DNA from: a virus
Taxonomy: Duplodnaviria; Caudoviricetes
Reading direction: 5' to 3' (one strand)
Virus record (IMG/VR): IMGVR_UViG_3300014656_000103
Span: 1-28,101 of that record
DNA length: 28,101 nt
Both the position numbers and the translations under genes were made by a program. Below are positions 1 to 9,325 of this stretch, one piece after another; the first letter of the stretch is position 1, and the number at the start of each line of letters is the position of its first letter. The notes under the pieces are model-generated. The model did no database searches, had not been told where the DNA came from, and worked only from the letters and a program-made list of their open reading frames with translations.

Positions 1-1517
1 GGTGGTGTAACTTTAGGAGCCTGCATGGGTTCTTCCTCTAAAGCTTGCTCTGCTCTAAAAGCCAGTTCTTTTTCTATTTCCTGTATTGTTCTAGCTTCAC
101 TTGCTGTTGTTACGCCACCCCCAATAGCAAATGGTAACATACCAACCATAGCCTTAGCAGTTACCGTACCTACATTCTCAATAAGGCTTACATTATCATC
201 TATAGTCTTTCGGGCAGCATTAATAACTATTTCCTGTAGCCCTTCTTCTCCTATCTCAGAAGACCAAGCAACAAGGGAACCTATACCTCCTCTGATAAGC
301 CAGTTCTTGAAGACATCCTTACCAACAGTCTTGACAAAGGTCTGGGTTAATGTACTGGAAAAACCCCCCGTTATCATCTTGAGTAAAGGAAAACTACCAA
401 GACCTTCAATAGCTGCATATACTATTCCTAGGGGCAAGGCTAGTTGTGTTGCCTGCTCAGGTGTTGCTCCTTCGTCAAGCATGGCTCTATAAATTTCATA
501 ACTACCAAGGGGTGTTGTACCTGCTAAGGTAGCTCCTACACCTGCAACAGGGCTACCAGTAAGAATAGTTACACCAATCATGGGAAGAGCATAAGGAATG
601 ACACTAGCAAATTCATATAGCCAATACTTAGGTTCTGTTAATAGCTTAGGATTCTGTAAAAAACTTTCCTCATACCTCTTTGGTGGACGCATTTCAGGAT
701 GCTCTTCCAGGTAGTTCGTCATGGCATATTCATGTGTTTTAATGTTAGAAAGAAGTTGCTCAGATAAGTCTTTAGATTGTGTAGCCATCCCCTCAAGACG
801 AGTCTCAGACATCTTGCCAGACATAGTATCATAGTAGTAGTCACCTGAAGAAGATACCCATTCTTCTAGAGGTTCCGTTACTTTGCCCAAAGTGTGTTGT
901 TGTTCTAATTGTTGCCTATATTGATTTAGAAATTCATCAGGACTTGCAAATGATACAGGAGAATCAAGCGTTCTTCCTCCTGCTTGTCGCCACAGCTTTT
1001 CGCTTGGTTGCCAGTATTTTTTGCCTTTTGCTAGATTTGCTGTGGCAAACTTATACGAGGGCAGAGAATCTCGTAGTCTATGAACGTCAATCCCTGCTGC
1101 GGAGCTGTGCCATGCCCTGTTACCTGCTACAAGTATGGCATCAAGTGTGTCCGTAAGTATACCTTCTTCTGGGGTAACACGCCCAACATCTAAATTTTGC
1201 TGGAGAGTTTTAGCTGTGTCACTCTCAAGCCACCTTTCGTATGTATATGGTTGCTCTTTGGGATGTTCTGCATACCAAGGATGTCCTGATGCCTTCTCTT
1301 GTCTCCACTTTTTAAGGTAGTCTACATAATTTAATTGCATGGGAGAAGGTGGAATAGGTGGAGTCCAAGCTAAAGGAGCACGGGGAAACTCTCCTGTAGG
1401 CTCTGCTGGCTTTACAGCCAGTTTGGGAGCCTCTGTAGTAGTCTTTGGAGTAGGCTCTATTGGTTTAGTCCCAAAATCAGCATCTGGGTCGTATTTCTTT
1501 TGTTTTCCGTTTGTCAT
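1..1517 (-). CDS. Large internal virion / DNA-ejection-type protein (3' end runs off the window)
   Basis: Absent from the ORF track because it has no stop in the window. ATG at 1517 (MTNGKQKKYDPDADFG...), open to position 1. Has a Pro-rich N-terminus, Gly/Ala-rich hydrophobic segments and an 'EIGEEGLQE' segment of the kind seen in large phage internal proteins. Lies in the virion operon. Confidence 0.6.
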   Translation of the reverse strand, partial: MTNGKQKKYDPDADFGTKPIEPTPKTTTEAPKLAVKPAEPTGEFPRAPLAWTPPIPPSPMQLNYVDYLKKWRQEKASGHPWYAEHPKEQPYTYERWLESDTAKTLQQNLDVGRVTPEEGILTDTLDAILVAGNRAWHSSAAGIDVHRLRDSLPSYKFATANLAKGKKYWQPSEKLWRQAGGRTLDSPVSFASPDEFLNQYRQQLEQQHTLGKVTEPLEEWVSSSGDYYYDTMSGKMSETRLEGMATQSKDLSEQLLSNIKTHEYAMTNYLEEHPEMRPPKRYEESFLQNPKLLTEPKYWLYEFASVIPYALPMIGVTILTGSPVAGVGATLAGTTPLGSYEIYRAMLDEGATPEQATQLALPLGIVYAAIEGLGSFPLLKMITGGFSSTLTQTFVKTVGKDVFKNWLIRGGIGSLVAWSSEIGEEGLQEIVINAARKTIDDNVSLIENVGTVTAKAMVGMLPFAIGGGVTTASEARTIQEIEKELAFRAEQALEEEPMQAPKVTP

Positions 1518-1520
1518 ATG

Positions 1521-2843
1521 TTAACCTGTAAACCACCTTGCACTTGGACTATAACGCTGATAATTAAACCCACGCTGGCTTGGTGATAGACGCAAAAATT
1601 CAGACTGAAATGGATATTCTTTGAGATATTTTTCTAATGGGTCTTCCATAGCAGCTTTCGATGCAGTTGTCGGGTAAGCAGTAGAAGCTTGCTCAGAGGA
1701 TAATAGCTGAATCTGCCCCAACTTATCCATAGATTCCTGAAGTTTTCTTGGGGCAATATTCATCATCCATTCGTCAGGAGACATTGTTCCAACAGTCCGT
1801 GCTTCTGGAAAAGCTCCTTCTTCACCTACACCTGTCTTGGGCATAGCCTTCTGTTCTGCTTTATAACGATTTTCTACTACCTTGCTCCAGCGGTCAACTT
1901 CAAACTGGGCTTCTTGCAAAGCCTGTTGATGAGTTGGTTGGTTTATAGCTGCCCACCAAGCATTTCTGGCTCCTGCCATACTTTGTTCAAACTTACTAAG
2001 AACACTAGGTAGTTGCTCTTGTACAAATCCTTGTAACCCTGCTGGGCGGTCTTCTTCTAAAAACTTTTGTACCCCAGGAACAGCAGAAGGAGCTGGTTGC
2101 TCTTGTGGAAAGGCGAATTGCATTTGCTCTGCCCATTGCTGAGCTGTCTTCTCACGTTGGGCAGCTTCCTGTTCTCCCCAGCTTCTAAATGCCTGCTCTG
2201 CAATATTGCCGTAGCCAACAGCTTTCCTTTGAGCCTCCGCTATTTCCTCTTCTGTCTGCCCTGTTACTATTCCTCTCTTTCCACGTTCTTCTAGTGCTGC
2301 TTGCTCTGAAGTATATGGTTCTGCTATTATATTGGCAATAGACTGATTTATATAAGCATTAGAAGCATCTATGCCTTTTCTAAGTTGTGTATTCCATTGG
2401 GTACTATCAGGCTCATAACCATATTGCTGAGCTTGAGCGATAGCACTAGCCTCGTAAGCCTTCGGCGCCACAACTTCTCTGTAGAATGGTATGGAAAGAG
2501 CACTTTCCTGAAGACCGAGTTGCCCGAATGTATATGGAATCTGGCTAAAGTCAAGTGCACTTACATCCCCAGGGCGTCTCGCAGTTAATTTTCTATCCCA
2601 AATCATCCCATGCCATTCTTGTGTTCCTGGGATTATTGGTAATTTCTCATAGTCAACCCCTTTAAGGAGTTGTCGGATTTTTGTCTCTGCGGTCTGCTTG
2701 TAGAAACTAAGGACATCTTCAGATACTCCCGCATCACGCAGACGCTTTATCCACGCTACAAAGAGCTGTCTATATTCAGCTACAGTTATATCAACATCGC
2801 CAAATCGGGGCATTACCTTATATCCTACATTACCATTGGTCAT
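1521..2843 (-). CDS. Putative internal virion (ejection) protein, 440 aa
   Basis: Long Q/A/E-rich, helical-looking ORF tightly packed downstream of the portal and HNH genes; no catalytic motif recognised. Confidence 0.45.
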   Translation of the reverse strand: MTNGNVGYKVMPRFGDVDITVAEYRQLFVAWIKRLRDAGVSEDVLSFYKQTAETKIRQLLKGVDYEKLPIIPGTQEWHGMIWDRKLTARRPGDVSALDFSQIPYTFGQLGLQESALSIPFYREVVAPKAYEASAIAQAQQYGYEPDSTQWNTQLRKGIDASNAYINQSIANIIAEPYTSEQAALEERGKRGIVTGQTEEEIAEAQRKAVGYGNIAEQAFRSWGEQEAAQREKTAQQWAEQMQFAFPQEQPAPSAVPGVQKFLEEDRPAGLQGFVQEQLPSVLSKFEQSMAGARNAWWAAINQPTHQQALQEAQFEVDRWSKVVENRYKAEQKAMPKTGVGEEGAFPEARTVGTMSPDEWMMNIAPRKLQESMDKLGQIQLLSSEQASTAYPTTASKAAMEDPLEKYLKEYPFQSEFLRLSPSQRGFNYQRYSPSARWFTG

Positions 2844-2844
2844 C

Positions 2845-3171
2845 TTATATTAGCACTCCCGCAAATAGATTGCGTTCATCATAGGTTTTCCTCTGGTTAC
2901 AGTTAGCACAAAGAACTTGATAACCCTCTGGGAAGCCAACCTTCTTTAAGCGCTTGTAAAAATTATGCCCTGCACTTACCTTGAACTTCTTACGTTCTTC
3001 TTTCCCATTGCCCTTAATATGGTCAATCTGAAGAACTTTAATGTCTGTTTCCCCACAATGTGCACAAACTGGATACTCCTTGCAGGAGTATTGCAACAGC
3101 ACCTCTTGTTTTATCCTCCATATTGCTTTTCTGACACAAAGTCTGGCTTTATCTCTGTCTTTGTAAGGCAT
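2845..3171 (-). CDS. HNH endonuclease
   Basis: CAHCG...LQIDHIKGNG...YQVLCANCN (Zn-binding HNH). Start overlaps the portal stop. Confidence 0.85.
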   Translation of the reverse strand: MPYKDRDKARLCVRKAIWRIKQEVLLQYSCKEYPVCAHCGETDIKVLQIDHIKGNGKEERKKFKVSAGHNFYKRLKKVGFPEGYQVLCANCNQRKTYDERNLFAGVLI

Positions 3172-4919
3172 TAGGTTTCTGCCTCCTCAGTTGTGGCTCC
3201 CGCAGGAAGTCCCCCCGCCATTTCTGGTGGAAATACATCAGAAGACAGTCCTGTCTGCCCAGATGGAACTCCCGAACCTGGCATTCCCATACTAGCCATT
3301 CCAAGACCACCTGGGTTAAATCCCTGCCCACCTCCGCCACCTCCTTGACCACCCATTGCTCCCATGAGCCTTTCTAGTTCAGCAACTATGTTTCTAGCCT
3401 TCTCAGCATCTCCATCTGCAAGGGCAGCCTTAAACGCCTCCCAAAGCTGTATAATTGGTAACCTTCCAGCCCACTCAGCTGCAAGTCTCTCACCCTCAAG
3501 CAGAGTGTCCTCAACCCCTATCAACTCTTCCCTTGCCGTCTTTACTGAAAGCAGGGGTCTGTCACCTTCAACTGCTAGTCTTGCAAGTTGGTATCGCTGT
3601 GCATCATCCTTCGGATACACAGGTGTAAGCATAACTTCTGGTCGCCAGTCTGCTTTAATATCTTTTGGTTTTATCTTCATCGCTTTTGGAACACCAAATG
3701 GCTGGTTCCTGCTGGTTCTACCACGAACCTCAACAGGTTTCCAAGAACCTTTTGCGTATTGTTCCTGAAGCGACAACAGAGTCACAGTAAACGCCTGTTC
3801 AAGGCACTTGGCAAAGGGCACGATAACAGTAGCTAGGGCAGCTTGAAGCTGGTTAATAGCAAAACCAGACAACCTGAATCCTAATTCACCTTGGGCAACA
3901 TGGGAAATCCCGCCCCGCTGAATCTCGCCCATGATGAAGTTAACCATGTCCCTTGCATTTTCAGGCATAGTCGGCTCAATCAGGGGAGCGATTTTATCAT
4001 CTAAATCAAATTGAAGAAGTTTGCCGTCTTGTACTTGCCATATATCCTCATCGAAACCTTTTTGCCCACCAGACGACCAAATGCCCATAGGAGGTTTTAC
4101 ACCTCGGCGGGTGATAGTCAGGTAGTCCGACATTGTCTTATTGAGCATTGGCATTATATCACGAATTGAAGCTAGTATTGACTCGCCAACATGTATGTTA
4201 GAATAAGTATAAGAATTCTGCGAAATTGGGGGTTGTGCTCCTGCCCGTATGATGAAAACGGGGCAGTAGTCTAGACCGTGCTTTTCAAGTTTCTTGCCCC
4301 ACTCATTTTCCACGATAACGCCGTTATTTTCCTCATCCCAGAAGTCAGTAATTGTGCCTTCTTTCTTGTCTATATCTATGCCATACTCTGACTTAATTTC
4401 TTCTTTACTAGCTGTCCGAGTGTAGGCAGCCCATTGCACGCCTTTCTTGCCCATTGCAAAAGCGACATTGTATATATCCCAAACACGTATTTCTGGGAAG
4501 GTGCTTCCATCTTTCATCTTCCTGACGTATGGTCTAGTAACAACAGCACCTCTTGCGGTAGCATACCAAGACATCTGGTCTTGAATTGAGGGCATATCAA
4601 TCTTCATATTAAGGTCATTGTTTATATTGATAGCGCCGTAATCAAAACGCTCGATGTTGTTGGCTGTCTCAAGCTCTTCCTTGGTTAGAGTCTCTTCGGG
4701 CACTCTAATGCTAACCTTGGCATCTGAAAGCATGGCTTGCGCTTTATTTATTAAGTTGCGGGGTTCATTCGATGTATATGAATAGTAACCCTCGCCTGCC
4801 TCGTAAGGCTTCAGGCGGATTAAGTCGAAGTCATTTTCCCAGCGTTTACGTAGCTTCAGCCAAACAGCATCTTGCCGAAACTTGTTTACGGCGGTTTTTA
4901 TTTCCTGAATATCCTTCAT
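3171..4919 (-). CDS. Portal (head-to-tail connector) protein
   Basis: 582 aa, downstream of TerL. Helical N-terminus, 'YCPVF...GES' clip-like region, 'SGFAINQL' segment and low-complexity Gly-rich C-tail resemble podoviral portals. Confidence 0.8.
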   Translation of the reverse strand: MKDIQEIKTAVNKFRQDAVWLKLRKRWENDFDLIRLKPYEAGEGYYSYTSNEPRNLINKAQAMLSDAKVSIRVPEETLTKEELETANNIERFDYGAININNDLNMKIDMPSIQDQMSWYATARGAVVTRPYVRKMKDGSTFPEIRVWDIYNVAFAMGKKGVQWAAYTRTASKEEIKSEYGIDIDKKEGTITDFWDEENNGVIVENEWGKKLEKHGLDYCPVFIIRAGAQPPISQNSYTYSNIHVGESILASIRDIMPMLNKTMSDYLTITRRGVKPPMGIWSSGGQKGFDEDIWQVQDGKLLQFDLDDKIAPLIEPTMPENARDMVNFIMGEIQRGGISHVAQGELGFRLSGFAINQLQAALATVIVPFAKCLEQAFTVTLLSLQEQYAKGSWKPVEVRGRTSRNQPFGVPKAMKIKPKDIKADWRPEVMLTPVYPKDDAQRYQLARLAVEGDRPLLSVKTAREELIGVEDTLLEGERLAAEWAGRLPIIQLWEAFKAALADGDAEKARNIVAELERLMGAMGGQGGGGGGQGFNPGGLGMASMGMPGSGVPSGQTGLSSDVFPPEMAGGLPAGATTEEAET

Positions 4920-4931
4920 GTAATGCTCCCG

Positions 4932-5171
4932 TTAGCTTTCTTGGTTTGGAACCACAATTTTGATTTCTCTGGGCATACCTGCTCTGGCTTTCTTTTCTTG
5001 CGCCCTAAGGGCATTTCTAACACGAATGTGGAGGTCTTTGACAACTATCACATCCTCTTCGTTACATACTGTGAATAGACGTTGTCCATCAGATGTAACA
5101 TCAAAGGGCACTAGCTCCAGTGCCTCCGACGCTTTGAGTCTTTTCATGTCTGACCAGCTCATTTGGTTCAT
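4932..5171 (-). CDS. Small protein, possibly Phd/YefM-like fold
   Basis: Good RBS (AAGGAG). 'VPFDVTSDGQRLFTV' resembles the P-x-x-IT-x-x-G strand pattern of Phd/YefM proteins; weak. Confidence 0.4.
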   Translation of the reverse strand: MNQMSWSDMKRLKASEALELVPFDVTSDGQRLFTVCNEEDVIVVKDLHIRVRNALRAQEKKARAGMPREIKIVVPNQES

Positions 5172-5181
5172 AAAATCTCCT

Positions 5182-6537
5182 TTACTTATACCTTTGCTTT
5201 GCCCCGATTGTCCTTGTTATTATCCCAAGAGACCTGGGGGCAAATCCAAACATGTCAATAAGTCCATAAGCAAGTGCTTTACATGCATGGTTATTCCTGT
5301 CCTCAGGAATTTCACCAATTATGTTCCCTTCCCTATCTTGATGCCACTTGTATAACTTTGTAGTCCCATCTAGGGGATTTTGGCAACCACCCATTTCCGA
5401 AATTAAGCCTCTGCATTTGGGGTGTATATATATACCAGGTCTGTTAGTCAATGGGTTTACCTTTAGGGCAGTCTTCACCTTTTCGGTACTATCTTGTATT
5501 CTTATCTTCTTTGAACGTAAACGTAATCCACCTTTCTTCAGCCATTCCTCAACTGGCGAAGACATGGCCTGATGCTGTTTTGCCGCCACATCTATAGCTC
5601 CACCGATAACTTGATTCCACCAGGGTTTCTTCTTACAAATGGTTATGATGTCCTCGGTGACAAAACCACGTTCATAAACCTCATCTATGATTGCTACAGT
5701 TTCGTCGTCTCTCTTCTGGGCAACCAGAACAGCATAAGCTGTAGCATAACCTGCATCAATCCAAAGGTAAACCTCCTTGCCAGGGTCGAACTTGGTAATA
5801 TCCTCATCGGTAACATGAATGTCCATGTGGAATTCTGGAAAGACCAATCCTCTCGGCGGAGTTGGTTTGCCACCAAATCTCTCATCAAACCACTCTTTCG
5901 AGAACTGTGCTTCGAGGTTCAGAATTTCGGGGTCTGTCCTACCACCAGGGAATATAGCAAGGTTCGTCCAAGTGGGCAGGCTAAACGACTTCAATTCGTC
6001 GTCTGGGGTTTGCCCTTTCATAAATAAATCTACGTACCACCCAAGACTTGACTCGAAGGTTCCACTTAGTAACATCCAACCCCGCTTCTCAGCTAATCTG
6101 CCTCGCAGTCTTAGAAAGGTCTCATAGTCTAGTTGGCTTCCTTCACAGCCTAAAATCCCATTCGGAGCTTCCATAGCGAGTTTGCGTGGGTCTTTCGCAG
6201 ATTTCGTTATGATTCTAGTCCCTATCTCGGTGTTAATCTCGCCAGGGTCAATCTGCTTTGATGCTGTGAACCCAATCTTTAACTTCACAAGGGCTTCAAT
6301 TATATAATTGAACTCCGCCCTAGTGCGTTCATAGTCCTGCGCAACCAGCCACAGCAAATCAGCGCCAAACATACGGGCAATCAAGTCCATTGAGGACAAT
6401 CTGCTTTTGCCAGCTCTTTCTCCACCTGCAACTATTCTTATACGATGCCCGTCTAGGTGTATTGCCCATTGCTCAGATGTAGGTACATAACCAAGCTGGT
6501 CGAATATGTACTTTAATTGGTCTTCATTAGGTATCAT
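5182..6537 (-). CDS. terL: Terminase large subunit
   Basis: Q motif (PTSEQW), Walker A 'GGERAGKS', Walker B-like 'GILGCE', 'LLSGT' coupling motif, nuclease 'LWIDAG', 'IIDEVY' and C-terminal 'DRNNHACKALAY'. Confidence 0.92.
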   Translation of the reverse strand: MIPNEDQLKYIFDQLGYVPTSEQWAIHLDGHRIRIVAGGERAGKSRLSSMDLIARMFGADLLWLVAQDYERTRAEFNYIIEALVKLKIGFTASKQIDPGEINTEIGTRIITKSAKDPRKLAMEAPNGILGCEGSQLDYETFLRLRGRLAEKRGWMLLSGTFESSLGWYVDLFMKGQTPDDELKSFSLPTWTNLAIFPGGRTDPEILNLEAQFSKEWFDERFGGKPTPPRGLVFPEFHMDIHVTDEDITKFDPGKEVYLWIDAGYATAYAVLVAQKRDDETVAIIDEVYERGFVTEDIITICKKKPWWNQVIGGAIDVAAKQHQAMSSPVEEWLKKGGLRLRSKKIRIQDSTEKVKTALKVNPLTNRPGIYIHPKCRGLISEMGGCQNPLDGTTKLYKWHQDREGNIIGEIPEDRNNHACKALAYGLIDMFGFAPRSLGIITRTIGAKQRYK

Positions 6538-6583
6538 TTTTAAATAACTTTGCCCTTACCCACTTCCTATCTATCTTTATTCA

Positions 6584-6823
6584 TTATGGTAGAGAGCCAT
6601 TCTTTATCAGTCTTTTAACTAATCTCTTGAGAAATACCTTTGCACCAGCTAGATTAGAAATACTATCTATGAGGTCTTCAGCCTTCTCCATAGCTTTCTG
6701 TTCGGCTTCTTCGGCCAATTGCTCATCGGATAAAACAGTCATATTCTCATAACCTAAGAACACACCATCCTGATAAACAGATACCCCCCTTTCGTTAGAT
6801 TGTAATGTTTGTGGTAAAGCCAT
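6584..6823 (-). CDS. Small protein, possible tail-fibre-associated chaperone/virion protein
   Basis: AGGAGG RBS; follows the putative fibre gene; helical C-terminus. Confidence 0.4.
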   Translation of the reverse strand: MALPQTLQSNERGVSVYQDGVFLGYENMTVLSDEQLAEEAEQKAMEKAEDLIDSISNLAGAKVFLKRLVKRLIKNGSLP

Positions 6824-6834
6824 ATTTTCCCTCC

Positions 6835-7617
6835 TTAATCAAGTGATTTTACTCTGGGATAGACAAAGCCACCCCTAGCCCCTATTGACGCACCTGCTGT
6901 ATATGGGTCTGGTAAGGCAGCGTAAGTAGAGTCTAAGTCATAGCCACCTTCTATTGATAGGACATCAGTCGCCCTGATACCTACCACACAGCCATACCCG
7001 CCAGCATGATAATAGAGTGAGGGTGTCCCGTCCGACACAACCACCAGCCAGTACAATCCCATAGCTAGAACTATATCACTAGCTGGTGTAACCGCTTGAA
7101 CTCCAGTGCTCGTTACTAAAGCTGTACCAGCATCACTTACTAAAGTGCCAGGATACCCAGCTCCGTTATCATTATAGATGCCAAGTCTAACATACTTCCC
7201 AGCATCACCAGTAGTTACATGGACGGCTAATCTATCAATAGTGATTGCCCTTGTGACGTGAAACTCAGATGCGTAGAAATGGCCTGCCACAACAGCTACA
7301 GCTCCAGGAGTAAAGGAATAAGGGTGTGGCGCAATATACTCCCCTGTCTTGTAAATCATCCCCATGAAGTAATGGTGTTTGTCAACGTCAGCGGCATGGT
7401 CAAATGCCCAGTTAGAACTAGGTGGAACTGTGGTAGCTCCATCTATAGGAGTATCATCTACATCTCCAGTATTAAGTAAATCATTGGCGCCTGCTCCATG
7501 CACACCTGTTTCTGCTGCGTTGTGGTCAAATGCCCAATTACTTGATGCAGCTCTGTTAGTTTCGCCGTTTTGAACGGTATCATCTACAGGAGTTCGTTTT
7601 CTCCAATTCTTCAACAT
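6835..7617 (-). CDS. Putative tail fibre / virion decoration protein with internal repeat
   Basis: Duplicated 'VDDT...SSNWAFDH' motif followed by a beta-rich domain (VRLGIYNDNG...PGTLV...GLYWLVV). Confidence 0.6.
   Translation of the reverse strand: MLKNWRKRTPVDDTVQNGETNRAASSNWAFDHNAAETGVHGAGANDLLNTGDVDDTPIDGATTVPPSSNWAFDHAADVDKHHYFMGMIYKTGEYIAPHPYSFTPGAVAVVAGHFYASEFHVTRAITIDRLAVHVTTGDAGKYVRLGIYNDNGAGYPGTLVSDAGTALVTSTGVQAVTPASDIVLAMGLYWLVVVSDGTPSLYYHAGGYGCVVGIRATDVLSIEGGYDLDSTYAALPDPYTAGASIGARGGFVYPRVKSLD
7396..7587 (-). repeat. Two-copy 22-aa coding repeat (7522-7587 and 7396-7461, 126-nt period)
   Basis: VDDTVQNGETNRAASSNWAFDH versus VDDTPIDGATTVPPSSNWAFDH; shared DNA core tggtcaaatgccca. 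Confidence 0.85.
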
Positions 7618-7922
7618 TACAGTCCCACCCCCATGTAGACTACCTCAAGCTTAGCGGTTCCGCCATCATCAATAGCTAGGAAAGCCGCTAGGGCAGTAGT
7701 ACCCCATACTTCAACACTATCATCTTGCAAAAGTCTCATCCCCGTAGTTGCTGCCACTGGTGCTGTACCATCAATAGTAAATCGAACATTACCACTGACA
7801 GCTTGGACAACTGCATAGTAAATTGTCCCTGTAGTTGGGGCAAGCTTGGCGGCAGTAAATCCCACTCCGCCTGCTGTGCTTACATCTGATATGGTTTCTC
7901 TGTCTGATACTGAATAAATCAT
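7617..7922 (-). CDS. Putative virion structural protein (beta-rich)
   Basis: GGAGGT RBS; 'NVRFTIDGTAP...TTGMRL' pattern of small phage virion beta-sandwich proteins; coupled to the next gene. Confidence 0.55.
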   Translation of the reverse strand: MIYSVSDRETISDVSTAGGVGFTAAKLAPTTGTIYYAVVQAVSGNVRFTIDGTAPVAATTGMRLLQDDSVEVWGTTALAAFLAIDDGGTAKLEVVYMGVGL

Positions 7923-7944
7923 TTAGTCATTACCTCCTTCCGAT

Positions 7945-8412
7945 TTATTTATTCTCGGCAGGTTCCTTCTTAGGTTCCTGCTTAGCCAGTTCTTGTAGTT
8001 TCTCAAGGTGCTCTATCACCTTGCTGTCTATTATACCAAACTTCCAAGTATCTCGGTATTCGGGTCGGATTTTCTTCAACCTAAAAATAATCGCTGTGCA
8101 CTCAGGGACATTCTTAACAAAGTTAAGCTTTGCCTCCAGTTCATCAGCGACTAATTGTTCTGCTTGGGCAAGCATTTTAGCCCAGTCTGGGTCACGGTAT
8201 TTCCAGCTATATAGCCTCATTTTGGACAAGTTCATTATGTCAGCCGCTTGGGACAAGTTATCTACCTTGCGGGCATCAAACAGTTCGATTATCTTGTGCT
8301 TGGCGTTCCTTATCTGCTCGCTGGACATAAGTTCAGTTATCTTGTTATTTCTCGGATGCTTGTCCTTTGCTCCTGCTGGACGACCAGGTCTCTTTGGTGC
8401 TTCTGTTGCCAT
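7945..8412 (-). CDS. Putative terminase small subunit (HTH DNA-binding)
   Basis: 'KRPGRPAG' basic N-terminus, HTH-like 'NLSQAADIMNLSKMRLYSWK' and 'AIIFRLK...PEYRD' pattern of TerS-like proteins; upstream of TerL. Confidence 0.65.
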   Translation of the reverse strand: MATEAPKRPGRPAGAKDKHPRNNKITELMSSEQIRNAKHKIIELFDARKVDNLSQAADIMNLSKMRLYSWKYRDPDWAKMLAQAEQLVADELEAKLNFVKNVPECTAIIFRLKKIRPEYRDTWKFGIIDSKVIEHLEKLQELAKQEPKKEPAENK

Positions 8413-8432
8413 TAACTACTTCCTATATTTCA

Positions 8433-8873
8433 TTACATCGTTATGAATCGAATATCATTTCCCTCATCTGGTTTGAGAGAACGAATCTGGTCTGTCTGTG
8501 GCTCTACCAAGCGAAATCCCCCGTTCTCAGTGACGAAACAGTTTAGGGCATGGGAAAAAGTCCAAAGGATACCAAAAGAAAGGGCAGACCATCCTGGAAT
8601 AGATAGCTGCCCCATGAGGCGGTATGAGTGGTCGTCGCAATCTCGTTCTTCGGGCAGATAGCCCATCTTGTTAGTCTTGTCCTGCTCAAGGAACTTCCTT
8701 ATATCCTCATAGTTGCATAGCAGGTAGTCTCTGTCAGACAGGAAAATATCTGCATTCGGCGCAACTTGATGTAGCAACCTACCCAAGTCAGTCATATTGA
8801 TATGAACTGTGCTAGTGGGCAGGATAGGCTCTGGCTTAACTGGGCTTCTTGCTAAACAAGCTAGCAATCTCAA
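8433..8873 (-). CDS. Papain/transglutaminase-fold cysteine protease-like protein (start uncertain)
   Basis: 'RDCDDHS' Cys motif, 'HALNCFV' His-x-x-Asn motif and 'LVEPQTD'; overlaps the upstream membrane gene. Confidence 0.7.
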   Translation of the reverse strand: MRLLACLARSPVKPEPILPTSTVHINMTDLGRLLHQVAPNADIFLSDRDYLLCNYEDIRKFLEQDKTNKMGYLPEERDCDDHSYRLMGQLSIPGWSALSFGILWTFSHALNCFVTENGGFRLVEPQTDQIRSLKPDEGNDIRFITM

Positions 8874-9066
8874 TAAAAGCTGTCTTAACGTCGGCGCCCT
8901 CCTTTAATATATCCTTGAGTTCGTGCCTGGTTATCTTGTTGTCTTGGATTGCCAGCGAAGTAACATCTACTAAATCTTTTAATTCTTTGACTACTCGTCT
9001 GGCGTATCCTCCGACCAAGATTAAGACCACGGTAAGAACCAATATGACAATCTCATAAGTGTCCAT
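8836..9066 (-). CDS. Holin-like single-TM membrane protein
   Basis: AAGGAG RBS; N-terminal hydrophobic helix (IVILVLTVVLILVGG) followed by a charged tail; first gene of the late arm. Confidence 0.55.
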   Translation of the reverse strand: MDTYEIVILVLTVVLILVGGYARRVVKELKDLVDVTSLAIQDNKITRHELKDILKEGADVKTAFIEIASLFSKKPS

Positions 9067-9295
9067 TTAGCGTTTCTCCTTGTTGTTTGTAGTGCCCCTG
9101 TGTCCTGCTCCACCCGTTGCTTTTCCTGACCACTGTTGCTTATCCTGTGCCCGTTGGTGGGTTATTTCAGGGCAGCCCTAGACTAGAACCGCCAAGCCTA
9201 GAAAAATGACCACTGAATTTAGCCTCTTTGCACTAGCTAGATGGGCAGTTAGCCCAATTTTTGCTGGTTGGTTGCAGAATCTAGCTACTATAGGT

Positions 9296-9325
9296 ATTAT
9301 ACCACACCGAGACTAGCCCTGTCAA
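9296..9325 (-). promoter_or_regulatory. sigma70-type promoter for the late (leftward) arm
   Basis: Minus strand reads TTGACA-N18-TATAAT with TG extended -10. Confidence 0.8.

Noticed and set aside
4932-5171. Toxin-antitoxin module
   Set aside because: Only a weak Phd-like resemblance and no adjacent toxin gene.
25-8661. Plus-strand ORFs in the left arm (e.g. 25-492, 3364-3768, 5572-6027, 8021-8446)
   Set aside because: They are antisense shadows of well-supported minus-strand genes, with no motifs.
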